Sequence record: MN850609.1 | Origin: Escherichia phage dhaeg | Length of the DNA stretch: 64,000 bases | Reading direction: 5' to 3' (one strand) | Shown here: piece after piece, positions 46,794 through 56,145 of the stretch | Layout: each line of letters begins with the position of its first letter | How positions within the stretch are numbered: position 1 is the stretch's first letter | Notes under the pieces: generated by a model | What the model saw: only the letters and a program-made list of their open reading frames with translations | What the model was told of the DNA's origin: nothing | The model's database searches: none | Made by a program: the position numbers and the translations under genes

Positions 46794-46818
46794 TGCTATA
46801 GCTGTGAAGTGATATAAT
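46794..46818 (+). promoter_or_regulatory. Candidate middle promoter upstream of uvsX (TGCTA box + TGaTATAAT)
   Basis: ATGCTAT 46793-46799, TATAAT 46813-46818. Confidence 0.3.
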
Positions 46819-46871
46819 TACCCTATCTTAAAAACGTGAGAAAAATATAATGGTGCCTATGGAAAAATATA

Positions 46872-48044
46872 ATGTCCGATTTAAAATCCCGTTTGATTAA
46901 AGCTTCTACTTCTAAAATGACTGCCGATCTGACCAAATCTAAATTGTTTAATGGTCGTGACGAAGTTCCTACTCGTATTCCTATGCTTAATATTGCATTG
47001 GGTGGTGCGTTGAATGCAGGCTTACAATCAGGTTTGACAATCTTTGCTGCACCGTCTAAACACTTTAAAACGTTGTTTGGATTAACTATGGTTGCGGCAT
47101 ATATGAAGAAATATCCAGACGCAATTTGCTTGTTCTATGACTCTGAGTTCGGTGCTTCAGAATCTTATTTCCGTTCAATGGGTGTTGACCTGGAACGTGT
47201 GGTTCATACGCCAATCCAGTCAGTCGAACAACTGAAGGTTGACATGACCAACCAATTAGAAGAAATTACTCGTGGCGAAAAGGTTATTATCTTTATCGAC
47301 TCCATCGGTAATACTGCTTCTAAGAAAGAAACCGAAGATGCTTTGAACGAGAAAGTTGTAGGTGATATGACTCGTGCTAAGTCTCTGAAATCTCTGTTCC
47401 GTATCGTAACACCTTATTTGACTATCAAGGATATTCCTTGCGTAGCAATTAACCATACGGCTATGGAAATTGGTGGAATGTATCCTAAAGAGATTATGGG
47501 TGGTGGTACTGGTATTCTGTACTCTGCTTCTACCGTATTCTTTATCTCTAAACGTCAGGTTAAAGATGGTACCGAGCTCACTGGTTATGACTTCACCCTT
47601 AAGGCCGAAAAATCTCGTACTGTTAAAGAGAAATCAACGTTCCCAATTACTGTGAACTTTGAAGGTGGTATCGACCCGTTTAGTGGTCTGCTCGAAATGG
47701 CTACTGATATTGGCTTTGTCGTGAAACCTAAAGCTGGTTGGTATAATCGTGCATTCCTTGACGAAACTACAGGTGAAATGGTTCAAGAAGAAAAATCATG
47801 GCGTGCTAAAGCTACCGATTGTGTCGAGTTCTGGGGACCGCTGTTTAAACATGCCCCGTTCCGTGAAGCAATCGAGAATAAGTATAAGCTTGGTGCAATT
47901 AATTCTATTAAAGAAGTCGATGATGCCGTGAACGACCTTATTAACTCTCGTGTCTCTAAGAACGTTGCAGTTAAATTGAGTGGTGACGCTCAAAGTGCTG
48001 CTGATATCGAAAACGATTTAGAAGAGATGGATTTAGATGACTGA
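46872..48044 (+). CDS. uvsX: Recombinase UvsX (RecA-like)
   Basis: Colinear with T4 UvsX as recalled (MSDLKSRLIKASTSK...IPMLNIALGG..., Walker A GPSKHFKT). Confidence 0.9.
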   Translation: MSDLKSRLIKASTSKMTADLTKSKLFNGRDEVPTRIPMLNIALGGALNAGLQSGLTIFAAPSKHFKTLFGLTMVAAYMKKYPDAICLFYDSEFGASESYFRSMGVDLERVVHTPIQSVEQLKVDMTNQLEEITRGEKVIIFIDSIGNTASKKETEDALNEKVVGDMTRAKSLKSLFRIVTPYLTIKDIPCVAINHTAMEIGGMYPKEIMGGGTGILYSASTVFFISKRQVKDGTELTGYDFTLKAEKSRTVKEKSTFPITVNFEGGIDPFSGLLEMATDIGFVVKPKAGWYNRAFLDETTGEMVQEEKSWRAKATDCVEFWGPLFKHAPFREAIENKYKLGAINSIKEVDDAVNDLINSRVSKNVAVKLSGDAQSAADIENDLEEMDLDD

Positions 48045-48366
48045 TTTATCTGATTTAGATAATTTTGTTAAAGATACTGAAGAGGGTCCTAGTGACCCTC
48101 GTTATTATGAGAAATCGTTAGATATAATCCGTAAGTCAATGGGTTCTGTTAAGCAGGAAATTATGCTTACATTACCCGATGGCACTGCTCACATCATTTA
48201 TGTGATGAATATTGTTATTGAGAAAGATGGAAAAGTGTCGGTTGATTTCGGAACTCCTTCCGAAGACCGAAAAGAAGAGCTAGCGCTTCATGTAGAAAAA
48301 TGTGTTACAATGCAAATACAAGAAGAACTGGATAAAATTAAATCTAAGAGGTGGTGGAAGTGGTAG
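48037..48366 (+). CDS. 40: gp40-like small protein (head vertex assembly chaperone position)
   Basis: Position between uvsX and 41; 109 aa. Confidence 0.5.
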   Translation: MTDLSDLDNFVKDTEEGPSDPRYYEKSLDIIRKSMGSVKQEIMLTLPDGTAHIIYVMNIVIEKDGKVSVDFGTPSEDRKEELALHVEKCVTMQIQEELDKIKSKRWWKW

Positions 48367-49790
48367 AAACTATTTTGGCTCAACTGCTAGGCAATAGTGA
48401 TTATTTCACTAAGGTCTGGCCTTATATGAATGATTCTTATTTTGACCAGGGTCCGGCAAAGACCCTTTTCAAAGAAATAAAAAAACATGTCAATGAATAT
48501 AATGCGGTGCCTTCTAAAAATGCTTTGAGTATTGCATTAGATAACAGCACCCTTTCAGAAGTTGAACACCAAGGAGCTAAAGAGCTTTTAAATTCTCTGA
48601 ATGCAGGCCCTGAAGACCAAGAATGGTTGGTTAAAGAGACAGAGAAATATGTTCAGAAGGCAGCGATGTATAATGCCACTTCAAAAATTATTGAAATTCA
48701 AACTAATGCCGACCTTCCGGTTGAGCAACAAAATAGAAAACTCCCAGGTATTGGTGCCATTCCGGATATCATGCGCGATGCATTATCGATTTGTTTCGAT
48801 TCTGAATTAGGCCATGACTGGATGGATGACTATGAAGAACGTTTTAAAAGTTATTCTGATAAAGCCCGTAAGGTTCCATTCCGTCTTAATATTCTGAATA
48901 AGATTACCAAGGGTGGCGCTGAGTTTGGTACTGAAAACGTATTGTTGGCAGGAACAAACGTAGGTAAGTCTCTTGGACTATGTTCATTGGCTGCTGATTA
49001 CCTTCAATCCGGTTATGATGTTCTTTATATCTCCATGGAGATGGCAGAGGAAGTATGTGCTAAGCGTATCGATGCCAACCTTCTGGATGTATCACTGGAT
49101 GATATTGATGATGGTCACGTCTCATGGCCTGAATATAAAGCTAAGATGGATAAGTGGCGTTCAACTGCTACTTTAGGTCGTTTAAAGATTAAACAGTACC
49201 CTACTGGTGGTGCTAATGCCGATACATTCCGTGCATTATTAAACGAATACAAGCTCAAACAAAACTTTGTCCCACAGGTCGTTATCGTCGACTACTTGGC
49301 TATCTGTGCTTCATCTCGTACGAAAGTTTTCTCTGAAAACAGTTACGGATTGATTAAGATGGTTGCCGAAGAACTACGTGGCCTTGCAGTAGAGAAGAAA
49401 TTATTGCTGTGGACTGCAGCCCAGACTACTCGTGGTGCGAATGTTGCGGCCGAAATCGATATGGCCGATATTGCTGAATCCTTTGGTATTGCACATACGG
49501 CAGACTTCATGTTAGGTGTGGTCGAGACAGAAGAGTTTGCTCAGATGGGTATGCAGATGGTTAAGCAGCTTAAATCTCGTTATGGCGATAAGAGCTACTA
49601 CAACAAATTTAAGATTGGTGTTAAGAAAGGAAACCAGCGTTGGTATGAAGTTGAAGACGATTCTAACCCAGGTCCAGTGAACACCGTTCGTGAGGCTACA
49701 GGTGAAATGAACCGCCAAGCAGAGGTCAATCGCCAGTCGCGTGTTAATAGAAGCGATTTAGACGATTTAGCAGCATCTATCAAATTTTAA
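48360..49790 (+). CDS. 41: Replicative DNA helicase gp41 (DnaB-like)
   Basis: Colinear with T4 gp41 (VETILAQL...KVWPYM..., Walker A GTNVGKS); GTG start after SD AAGAGG. Confidence 0.9.
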   Translation: MVETILAQLLGNSDYFTKVWPYMNDSYFDQGPAKTLFKEIKKHVNEYNAVPSKNALSIALDNSTLSEVEHQGAKELLNSLNAGPEDQEWLVKETEKYVQKAAMYNATSKIIEIQTNADLPVEQQNRKLPGIGAIPDIMRDALSICFDSELGHDWMDDYEERFKSYSDKARKVPFRLNILNKITKGGAEFGTENVLLAGTNVGKSLGLCSLAADYLQSGYDVLYISMEMAEEVCAKRIDANLLDVSLDDIDDGHVSWPEYKAKMDKWRSTATLGRLKIKQYPTGGANADTFRALLNEYKLKQNFVPQVVIVDYLAICASSRTKVFSENSYGLIKMVAEELRGLAVEKKLLLWTAAQTTRGANVAAEIDMADIAESFGIAHTADFMLGVVETEEFAQMGMQMVKQLKSRYGDKSYYNKFKIGVKKGNQRWYEVEDDSNPGPVNTVREATGEMNRQAEVNRQSRVNRSDLDDLAASIKF

Positions 49791-49810
49791 GGAGCTTCGG
49801 CTCCTTTTTT
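49791..49810 (+). terminator. Rho-independent terminator
   Basis: GGAGC-TTCG-GCTCC followed by TTTTTT. Confidence 0.65.
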
Positions 49811-49819
49811 GTTTTAAGG

Positions 49820-49860
49820 GTTTACTTCTCCTGTAGGCATGATACTATAGACCTATCAAC
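49820..49860 (+). promoter_or_regulatory. Early promoter cassette (GTTTAC-N17-TGaTACTATAGACCTATCAAC)
   Basis: GTTTAC 49820-49825, TACTAT 49843-49848; arms TTCTCC / GGAGAA. Confidence 0.6.
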
Positions 49861-50190
49861 TTGGAGAACAAAATGAAAACCATCGACTGTAAAGCAGAAT
49901 ATAAAGTGTATTATCATGGAAGTTGTAGTGTTGCTAATATTGGTAATATGCTTTGTCCTCCTGAGGAAACAGGAGTTCTGTCTGAAACTGGTCGTAAGAA
50001 AAACCTAAATCGTGTGTTCTTTACTGAGGACATTGGTTTGGCTAAGATTTATGCTGGACGAGCTGCTCGTTCGGTGGGAGGAGAACCTCGTCTTTATCGT
50101 GTAATTGCTCCGGTAGATGTGGTTTGTTTAAATGATACCAAAGGCGCTACGGTTTATCACGCTGAATGGGCCTTCTGTGAGGAAATCTAA
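49861..50190 (+). CDS. Hypothetical protein
   Basis: SD TTGGAGAACAAAATG. Confidence 0.6.
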   Translation: MENKMKTIDCKAEYKVYYHGSCSVANIGNMLCPPEETGVLSETGRKKNLNRVFFTEDIGLAKIYAGRAARSVGGEPRLYRVIAPVDVVCLNDTKGATVYHAEWAFCEEI

Positions 50191-50394
50191 ATGTATAAAT
50201 TAGAGAACGTAGTGTTTATTGGTTGGTTTGAAAACGGTAATATGTTTACCAAAGAAACTGCGCTGGATGTTAGTGACCAAAAAATGATTGAATGGGTTAC
50301 AGTGCAGTATGCAGAAGTGAATAATGCACTGGTGAAAGCCTTTGTTAATGACAATAAAGTTTTTGAATATGATGCCCGCATTGAGGAAATCTAA
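50191..50394 (+). CDS. Hypothetical small protein
   Basis: SD GAGGAAATCTAAATG. Confidence 0.55.
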   Translation: MYKLENVVFIGWFENGNMFTKETALDVSDQKMIEWVTVQYAEVNNALVKAFVNDNKVFEYDARIEEI

Positions 50395-50535
50395 ATGGAA
50401 GAGGTTGAATGTGTAGTATGTGGTTGTTCGGTATGTGAAGACCAGGCGGTATTTGATGCTTGGGACAACGCAACTTGTTTAGACTGCGATAGCGAATACG
50501 AAGAAATTGCTCATAAACATGAAGACGAGGAATAA
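50395..50535 (+). CDS. Possible small Cys-rich protein (46 aa)
   Basis: Same SD GAGGAAATCTAAATG as upstream gene; CVVCGCSVC...CLDC. Confidence 0.4.
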   Translation: MEEVECVVCGCSVCEDQAVFDAWDNATCLDCDSEYEEIAHKHEDEE

Positions 50536-50775
50536 ATGAATATCGTACTAATGAAGCCAACCCCTAGCTCTTTTTGGAATAAATCTTTTGGTAAGCATAA
50601 TATGTTTATCCAACGCACCGTAAGCAGCTGGGAACTAGTTCTTTCAGTCGGTCACAACGATTATGAACAAGAATATGTAGAGTTCTTCGAATTTCCTGTG
50701 AAGCCTACTAAGCGTCAGATTCGTCAGACCAAACGTAAATTCCGTAAAATTTATTTGGAAGATTCGTTAAAATAA
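50536..50775 (+). CDS. Hypothetical small basic protein
   Basis: SD GAGGAATAAATG. Confidence 0.55.
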   Translation: MNIVLMKPTPSSFWNKSFGKHNMFIQRTVSSWELVLSVGHNDYEQEYVEFFEFPVKPTKRQIRQTKRKFRKIYLEDSLK

Positions 50776-50776
50776 A

Positions 50777-50818
50777 GTTTACATCGGTCTATGGTAGTGA
50801 TACTATAGACCTATCAAC
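50777..50818 (+). promoter_or_regulatory. Early promoter cassette (GTTTAC-N18-TGaTACTATAGACCTATCAAC)
   Basis: GTTTAC 50777-50782, TACTAT 50801-50806. Confidence 0.6.
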
Positions 50819-50834
50819 TAATGAGGAGTTAAAA

Positions 50835-51128
50835 ATGAAAAAGTTATTAATCGCAGCAATCCTTACAGTAGCATCATGTGGCACGGCTCCGGTAACTGCC
50901 GGATTGGATAAAGACCTTTGTGAATGGTCTATGACTGCAGACCAAGAGTCAGTTGAACATCAGATTTACGCTGATATCATGAACATCACTAAACGCGACC
51001 GTCCTGATATGGTTAAAGAAGTATCTGACCAATTGGCTTCTAGTGGTGTTATGCAGTATAACTATGTTCTGTACTGTGATGCTAATTTCGATAACAAAAA
51101 TATTGTTAAAGAGGTGACAGGTGAATAA
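50835..51128 (+). CDS. sp: Spackle periplasmic protein
   Basis: 97 aa, signal peptide, colinear with T4 Sp as recalled (..DKDLCEWSMTADQ..VMQYNYVLYCD..). Confidence 0.75.
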   Translation: MKKLLIAAILTVASCGTAPVTAGLDKDLCEWSMTADQESVEHQIYADIMNITKRDRPDMVKEVSDQLASSGVMQYNYVLYCDANFDNKNIVKEVTGE

Positions 51129-51561
51129 GATTAACAGAAATTTAGTTATCAAAAAGCTTCGTTGTAAAAATCCAAATGCACAAGCATACAGGATGTTTTG
51201 GAGCGACGACCACCAGTACCTAGGTTATTTTCTTGTTGATAGTGATGATAGGATTATATTTGCCCATAAACTTCTTAATAGAGAATTAAACCACTGGGAA
51301 GAACTTATTGCAGTGAAGTCTAAATTATTTTCATGTAATACAATGCACCAATTGGTTTATTTTTTCTCTGATGGTATTCCTGACAAGGTTGAGTTTGAAG
51401 GGTTTGAATTTAAAGATATCCTCCGGGACAACGAATTGAATGATGCCGTTAATATGGATATCCCTAGCAAGTATATCAAAAACAGTCTGTTGAAAATTCT
51501 GGAAGCTCCGGTTTATTCAATCGACGACCAGATTTTTAATGCCTTTATGAACCGAGGTTAA
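51121..51561 (+). CDS. Hypothetical protein (GTG start)
   Basis: GTG preceded by SD AAAGAGG; first in-frame ATG is 72 nt downstream. Confidence 0.5.
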   Translation: MNKINRNLVIKKLRCKNPNAQAYRMFWSDDHQYLGYFLVDSDDRIIFAHKLLNRELNHWEELIAVKSKLFSCNTMHQLVYFFSDGIPDKVEFEGFEFKDILRDNELNDAVNMDIPSKYIKNSLLKILEAPVYSIDDQIFNAFMNRG

Positions 51562-51562
51562 T

Positions 51563-51754
51563 ATGACTGCAATGTGTACAGGCTCTAAGATTTCTGTATT
51601 CGAACTGTTCGAAGAATATGAAATCGTATCAAAAGACCAAGAAGCTATCCATATTATTGCAGGTGATGGCTTAACTTGGATTATTCCACTTTACCACGAA
51701 GATACGTATGAAGTCACTGATGCAAATGGTGATAAAGCTATTTTCGTAATATAA
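51563..51754 (+). CDS. Hypothetical small protein
   Basis: ORF. Confidence 0.5.
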   Translation: MTAMCTGSKISVFELFEEYEIVSKDQEAIHIIAGDGLTWIIPLYHEDTYEVTDANGDKAIFVI

Positions 51755-51757
51755 ATA
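51750..51757 (+). promoter_or_regulatory. Possible late promoter TATAAATA
   Basis: Exact octamer 14 nt upstream of SD of 51771 ORF. Confidence 0.3.
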
Positions 51758-51770
51758 AGGCCAGGAGCCT

Positions 51771-51932
51771 ATGAAATCTTTTAAAGAAGTTATGAACGAA
51801 GATATGGTCGCAGGCGATGCTGATGGAAATCCATCTAATATTGCCTCCGGAACTACCTCAGGCGCAGTCGTCAACAAAGGGCCTGAACAAATCCCATCTA
51901 AAAAGCGTAAAGAAAAATCCGAAAACGAATGA
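51771..51932 (+). CDS. Possible small protein (53 aa)
   Basis: SD AGGAGCCTATG. Confidence 0.4.
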   Translation: MKSFKEVMNEDMVAGDADGNPSNIASGTTSGAVVNKGPEQIPSKKRKEKSENE

Positions 51933-51970
51933 TATAATGGCTCTATTAATTTAGAGCCCAAGGAAAAATA

Positions 51971-52999
51971 ATGTCATATGTCGATAGAGAATTTGCTGTA
52001 CGTGCCTTGAATTACCAACCTAAATTCAGACAAGTAACTGGTAGTGATTTTAAATTAAACTGTCGTTGCCGTGTATGTGGTGACTCCCAAAAAGATGAAA
52101 ACAAAGCTCGATTCTGGGCCTATCCGGCCAATGACGGCTCTGTAATGCTACACTGTTTTAACTGTGATTATTCGGCAGGAATTAAGAAGTACCTATACGA
52201 ATACGAACCTGATTTATATCGGGAATATATTCTTGAGAAACATAAAGAGCAATCGTTCGGGAGACAAGCTGCACCTAAGGTGGAGATATCTGAAAAAATT
52301 AAAGCTAAGATGCCTGTAATCGAAAAGCTTAATTTCTGTGAACGATTAGATAGAATGCCGAAGGACCATCCTATTATCAAATATGTGACGTTACGTTGCA
52401 TTCCTGAAAATAAATGGAATCGTCTATGGTTTACTAAAGAATGGCCTGCATTGGTTAACTCAGTTAATCCAGGAACCTATTCTAAAGAAATGCCTGAGCC
52501 CCGTTTGGTTATTCCTATTTTCAATAAGGATAAACAAATAGAAAGTTTCCAGGGTCGAGCCTTGCGTAAAGATGCCCCACAAAAATATATTACAATAAAA
52601 GCTCATGACCAAGCTACAAAAATATATGGAATGGATACGGTTGACGAACGTCAATTGGTATGGGTTATGGAAGGGCCTATTGATTCTTTATTTGTCCCTA
52701 ATGCCATAGCAATTACTGGTGGGTCATTAGACTTATCAGTAGTTCCATGTAAAGAAACAAGAGCGTGGGTAATGGACAATGAACCCCGTCATCCTGACAC
52801 AATTAAGCGTATGCAACGCCTAGTTGATGCTGGCGAAAGGGTTCTATTCTGGGACAAGGCTCCGTGGCCTTCTAAAGATATAAATGATATGGTTATGAAA
52901 GATAAAGCTGATATAAATGATGTATTGGCATATATGAAAGCTAATATAGCCCAAGGGTTAATGGCAAAAATGAGGCTTTCAAAATATTCTAAAATTTAG
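51971..52999 (+). CDS. 61: DNA primase gp61
   Basis: 342 aa; N-terminal zinc ribbon CRCRVCGD...C..C; TOPRIM-like region; position after 41. Confidence 0.9.
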   Translation: MSYVDREFAVRALNYQPKFRQVTGSDFKLNCRCRVCGDSQKDENKARFWAYPANDGSVMLHCFNCDYSAGIKKYLYEYEPDLYREYILEKHKEQSFGRQAAPKVEISEKIKAKMPVIEKLNFCERLDRMPKDHPIIKYVTLRCIPENKWNRLWFTKEWPALVNSVNPGTYSKEMPEPRLVIPIFNKDKQIESFQGRALRKDAPQKYITIKAHDQATKIYGMDTVDERQLVWVMEGPIDSLFVPNAIAITGGSLDLSVVPCKETRAWVMDNEPRHPDTIKRMQRLVDAGERVLFWDKAPWPSKDINDMVMKDKADINDVLAYMKANIAQGLMAKMRLSKYSKI

Positions 53000-53196
53000 A
53001 CAGGAACTCCGCTAAAGAATCCAATTATGCTTAACACGTGTTCCATTGTAACCGCTGGTAAAATTACCCCTTGGCTAGCGGCTACAGGGACTACTAGAAG
53101 ATTCCAAAGGAATACGTCTAGCGCAAGAAAACCTAACATCATTTTCTTGTCTTTCTTTTCTGCCAATTTCCAGATTTGGTAAAAAATACTGCCCAT
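52996..53196 (-). CDS. Small membrane protein encoded on the opposite strand, convergent with gene 61
   Basis: Only non-overlapping minus-strand ORF; strong SD (AGGAGG 5 nt upstream of ATG on minus strand); two hydrophobic helices. Confidence 0.5.
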   Translation of the reverse strand: MGSIFYQIWKLAEKKDKKMMLGFLALDVFLWNLLVVPVAASQGVILPAVTMEHVLSIIGFFSGVPV

Positions 53197-53287
53197 GTTA
53201 TCCTCCTGTTAAATTAATATTTATTCGCTTTAGTCTAACAGTTTATAATTATCTAACTTATTAATGAATTGAAAAAGGAAAAATATA

Positions 53288-53809
53288 ATGGCTCATTTTA
53301 ATGAATGTTCTCAACTTATTGCTGGTGCTGATAAAGCTGAAGAAGCTTATTTTAATGCTCTGATTCACGAAGATAAAGACCCTCTGCAAGTTATGCTTGA
53401 TATGCAGAAATCATTACAGGTTCGTCTGGCCACTGAAAAATCGGAATTCAACACCAATCCTGATGAACTAGCTACAGCAGGTCAAGTTGTTGATTGGCTT
53501 CGCAACCAGAAAGATTATATTGATGATGAATTCCGTGAACTGCTGACTTCTCTTGGCGGTATGAGTAATGGCGAAAAAGCTGCCTCTAGTGTGTGGAAGC
53601 CTTGGAAAGCCCAACATGCTGAATTCCGTAATCGTCGTATTGACGAGTTGTCTCCTGAAGACCAGCTCGAAATCAAATTCGAGATGATTGATATTCTGCA
53701 CTTTGTTCTTAATATGTTCCAGGGTCTTGGACTGACCGCTGAAGAAATCTTTAAACTGTATTATCTGAAAAATGCCGAGAACTTTGCTCGTCAAGACCGA
53801 GGTTATTAA
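53288..53809 (+). CDS. 56: dCTPase/dUTPase gp56 (MazG-like dNTP pyrophosphatase)
   Basis: 173 aa; similarity to T4 gp56 as recalled (MAHFNEC..., C-terminal YYLKN.ENFARQDRGY). Confidence 0.75.
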   Translation: MAHFNECSQLIAGADKAEEAYFNALIHEDKDPLQVMLDMQKSLQVRLATEKSEFNTNPDELATAGQVVDWLRNQKDYIDDEFRELLTSLGGMSNGEKAASSVWKPWKAQHAEFRNRRIDELSPEDQLEIKFEMIDILHFVLNMFQGLGLTAEEIFKLYYLKNAENFARQDRGY

Positions 53810-53938
53810 TGCCTCGTTTAAATAAACGTCAACTCAAAAAGTTGAATAAGAAAAGGGCTTCGGCCGCTATTTTATTACGTAACGAAATAACTAAAGAAAT
53901 AGACAGAGAAATCATTGAAGCTTTGGCGAATTCAAAGT

Positions 53939-53946
53939 AATAAATA
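53939..53946 (+). promoter_or_regulatory. Late-promoter-like box AATAAATA upstream of soc
   Basis: 7/8 match to TATAAATA about 30 nt upstream of soc start. Confidence 0.35.
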
Positions 53947-53977
53947 CGCCTGTAATTAAACAACAAAGGAGTTAATT

Positions 53978-54211
53978 ATGGGTGGTTTCGTTAATATAAA
54001 AACCTTTACGCATCCAGCTGGTGAAGGTAAAGAAGTTAAAGGTACTGAGGTTTCGGTTCCGTTTGAAATCTATTCTAATGAGCATCGTATCGCTAATTCT
54101 CATTATCAGACTTTCCCTTCTGCAGTTGCGGCCTACTCAACCGTAGTTACTGATGCTGCTGATTGGCGAACTAAGAACGCGGCGATGTTTACGCCAACTG
54201 ATATTGTTTAA
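53978..54211 (+). CDS. soc: Small outer capsid protein Soc
   Basis: 77 aa; GFVNIKTF...HYQTFPS..AAYSTV similar to T4 Soc. Confidence 0.75.
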   Translation: MGGFVNIKTFTHPAGEGKEVKGTEVSVPFEIYSNEHRIANSHYQTFPSAVAAYSTVVTDAADWRTKNAAMFTPTDIV

Positions 54212-54217
54212 TTATAA

Positions 54218-54239
54218 GGAACCTTCGGGTTCCTTTTTT
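54218..54239 (+). terminator. Rho-independent terminator
   Basis: GGAACC-TTCG-GGTTCC followed by TTTTTT (same hairpin as 19919). Confidence 0.65.
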
Positions 54240-54250
54240 CGTTTTTAATG

Positions 54251-54292
54251 GTTTACTTTCTTATTGGACCGAGTTAAGATAGACCTATCTTA
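54251..54292 (+). promoter_or_regulatory. Early promoter cassette, degenerate (GTTTAC ... AGATAGACCTATC)
   Basis: GTTTAC 54251-54256; conserved AGACCTATC box. Confidence 0.4.
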
Positions 54293-54306
54293 TAGAGGAG
54301 AACACT

Positions 54307-54516
54307 ATGTTAAATCGTTGGATTAAACCAAATAAAACTTTGGATGAAATTATCGCTAATCACGTATTGAAAAAGTACTTCTATACTCCTTGGTATACCG
54401 AAGTTATTGTCCATTCATTTATGATGCATGAAGACGGTTCTGTCGAATTTAATGCCGAAATCCGTCACGAGACTGATGATATTGATAAAGTTGAATTTAA
54501 ACGAGGTTTCCTATGA
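54307..54516 (+). CDS. Hypothetical small protein
   Basis: SD AGAGGAGAACACTATG. Confidence 0.55.
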   Translation: MLNRWIKPNKTLDEIIANHVLKKYFYTPWYTEVIVHSFMMHEDGSVEFNAEIRHETDDIDKVEFKRGFL

Positions 54517-54830
54517 TTCGTTGGCTTAAGAATTTTTTCAAGACCAAACCTGGTGAAGGGATGGTTCCTATCTCGGGCCCAAAGGAATACGTTTACATGG
54601 GTGATGGTATGATGGAAGAAGTTATCCGTCAGCCTGAAAAAGCAGGTAATGTTGGTGTTGGTGCGTTACCACTGAATTCTAAAAAGTTAAAAGAACACCT
54701 AGAAACTCGTCGTACAAACCATATTGATACCACTCCTATTATGGTTGCGGCTGCCGTTAGTTCTTGGACCGGCGATTCGTCTTATTCTGACTCAGGAAGC
54801 TGTGACTCTTCGTCAAGCTCGTGTGATTAA
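54513..54830 (+). CDS. Hypothetical protein with Ser/Cys-rich tail
   Basis: ORF. Confidence 0.55.
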   Translation: MIRWLKNFFKTKPGEGMVPISGPKEYVYMGDGMMEEVIRQPEKAGNVGVGALPLNSKKLKEHLETRRTNHIDTTPIMVAAAVSSWTGDSSYSDSGSCDSSSSSCD

Positions 54831-55030
54831 TGAAACCTTTATCATGGCTTAAAGATTGGCTAGACCGTCCTGGTGATTATCTTGATGACGGTTGGTTAGA
54901 CCAAGCTAACGCAGAAATGAAACATGAATCTGAGGAATGGATTCTTAAAGGTATCCGTGAAGAACGCGAAAAGAAATTAGAACGCGAGGCCCTTAGGATT
55001 ATGCGTGATATCTATGGGGATAAATCATGA
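54830..55030 (+). CDS. Hypothetical small protein
   Basis: ORF. Confidence 0.5.
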   Translation: MKPLSWLKDWLDRPGDYLDDGWLDQANAEMKHESEEWILKGIREEREKKLEREALRIMRDIYGDKS

Positions 55031-55194
55031 CTATTGAAGAAGCTGAAGCACGTACTAAAGAGGCAATGGATTTGCTTCTTAAAATTGGTAGTAAAATGAT
55101 GGAAGAAAACGAGAAATACATCCAGGAAAATAAAATTCCGGATGGCCCTTTAGTAGGTAAACTAAAAAGAGGAAAACATAATGAAAGTTTATGA
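55027..55194 (+). CDS. Possible small protein (55 aa)
   Basis: ATGA overlap start. Confidence 0.35.
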   Translation: MTIEEAEARTKEAMDLLLKIGSKMMEENEKYIQENKIPDGPLVGKLKRGKHNESL

Positions 55195-55672
55195 ACTAGA
55201 ATTCCATGTGCGTGATTCATCCGGTCAAACGCGGCCTTATGATGCCACGGCTGCCCTTATCCTTGTTGACAACGGCATGAATTCTATCACCCAATTAGAA
55301 ACACGATTAAAAGATATTAAGCTGCCAGAAAATATTCTAATGAAGGCATATCATAATAAAAATGTTGATGTTGCTGAGGGGTGTCCTTTTAGCCTGGCTG
55401 AAGCATTACATATCAAGGGTTATCGTTATCCGGCGGACCCATATGCCGAAGGAACAATGGATATTTTCTATAAAGATACTGATAGAATGTCCAACGAACG
55501 TCTTAAAGGTCGTACATATTTGATTTCCACCACCGAAGACCTTACTGAAGTCGAACGACAGATTTGGAAACACTTTGATATTGGCTTACGTTTTACTATG
55601 ACTGAAGAAGCTATTCGTGATGCTAAGTTACGAGCTCGTATGTATGGTTATGGTCCTATCGGTGGTTACTAA
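55181..55672 (+). CDS. Hypothetical protein (163 aa; at the T4 mrh position)
   Basis: SD AAGAGGAAAACATAATG; position only. Confidence 0.6.
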   Translation: MKVYELEFHVRDSSGQTRPYDATAALILVDNGMNSITQLETRLKDIKLPENILMKAYHNKNVDVAEGCPFSLAEALHIKGYRYPADPYAEGTMDIFYKDTDRMSNERLKGRTYLISTTEDLTEVERQIWKHFDIGLRFTMTEEAIRDAKLRARMYGYGPIGGY

Positions 55673-55860
55673 TGGACTTATTTGATATGTTCGTCATTCC
55701 GGACCCTGAGCCTGAAACAACTCAGGAGCCGCCTATTGACCTTGTCAATGAACTTGATATGATTATACAGAAGCACGGCTTTAAGTTGCCTAAAGATGCC
55801 CTGGCCGACCTAGCTTCTTACTATCAAGACCCTCCACCATGGGCACCTTGGGTAAAATAA
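55672..55860 (+). CDS. Hypothetical small acidic protein
   Basis: ORF. Confidence 0.5.
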   Translation: MDLFDMFVIPDPEPETTQEPPIDLVNELDMIIQKHGFKLPKDALADLASYYQDPPPWAPWVK

Positions 55861-56093
55861 TGAATTGGCTAACAAATATACCTACATCGGCATTAGATAT
55901 AGACCGTAAACAAGCTCGTAAGGAAATCGAGCAAAAAAATATTCAGGCAAAAGCTCCTAAGATTATGACCAAGGCGCCGGAAATAAAAAGCTCTTATCAA
56001 CCAAAAAGCTCTTATACTTCATATACCCAATCCTTAACAGGCCAAGCTGCTGACATTGCAGTGTTTGGCGTCCCACTTGGTGTGTTTAAGTAG
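55860..56093 (+). CDS. Hypothetical small protein
   Basis: TAATGA junction; alternative start 55839. Confidence 0.45.
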   Translation: MNWLTNIPTSALDIDRKQARKEIEQKNIQAKAPKIMTKAPEIKSSYQPKSSYTSYTQSLTGQAADIAVFGVPLGVFK

Positions 56094-56120
56094 TTTACAC
56101 CTCCTCCCTTCATGTTATAA
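56094..56120 (+). promoter_or_regulatory. Early promoter (GTTTAC -35, TGTTATAAT -10), followed by SD-containing hairpin ATGACCTC...GAGGTCAT
   Basis: GTTTAC 56094-56099, TATAAT 56115-56120. Confidence 0.5.
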
Positions 56121-56145
56121 TGACCTCTAAATCACTGGAGGTCAT

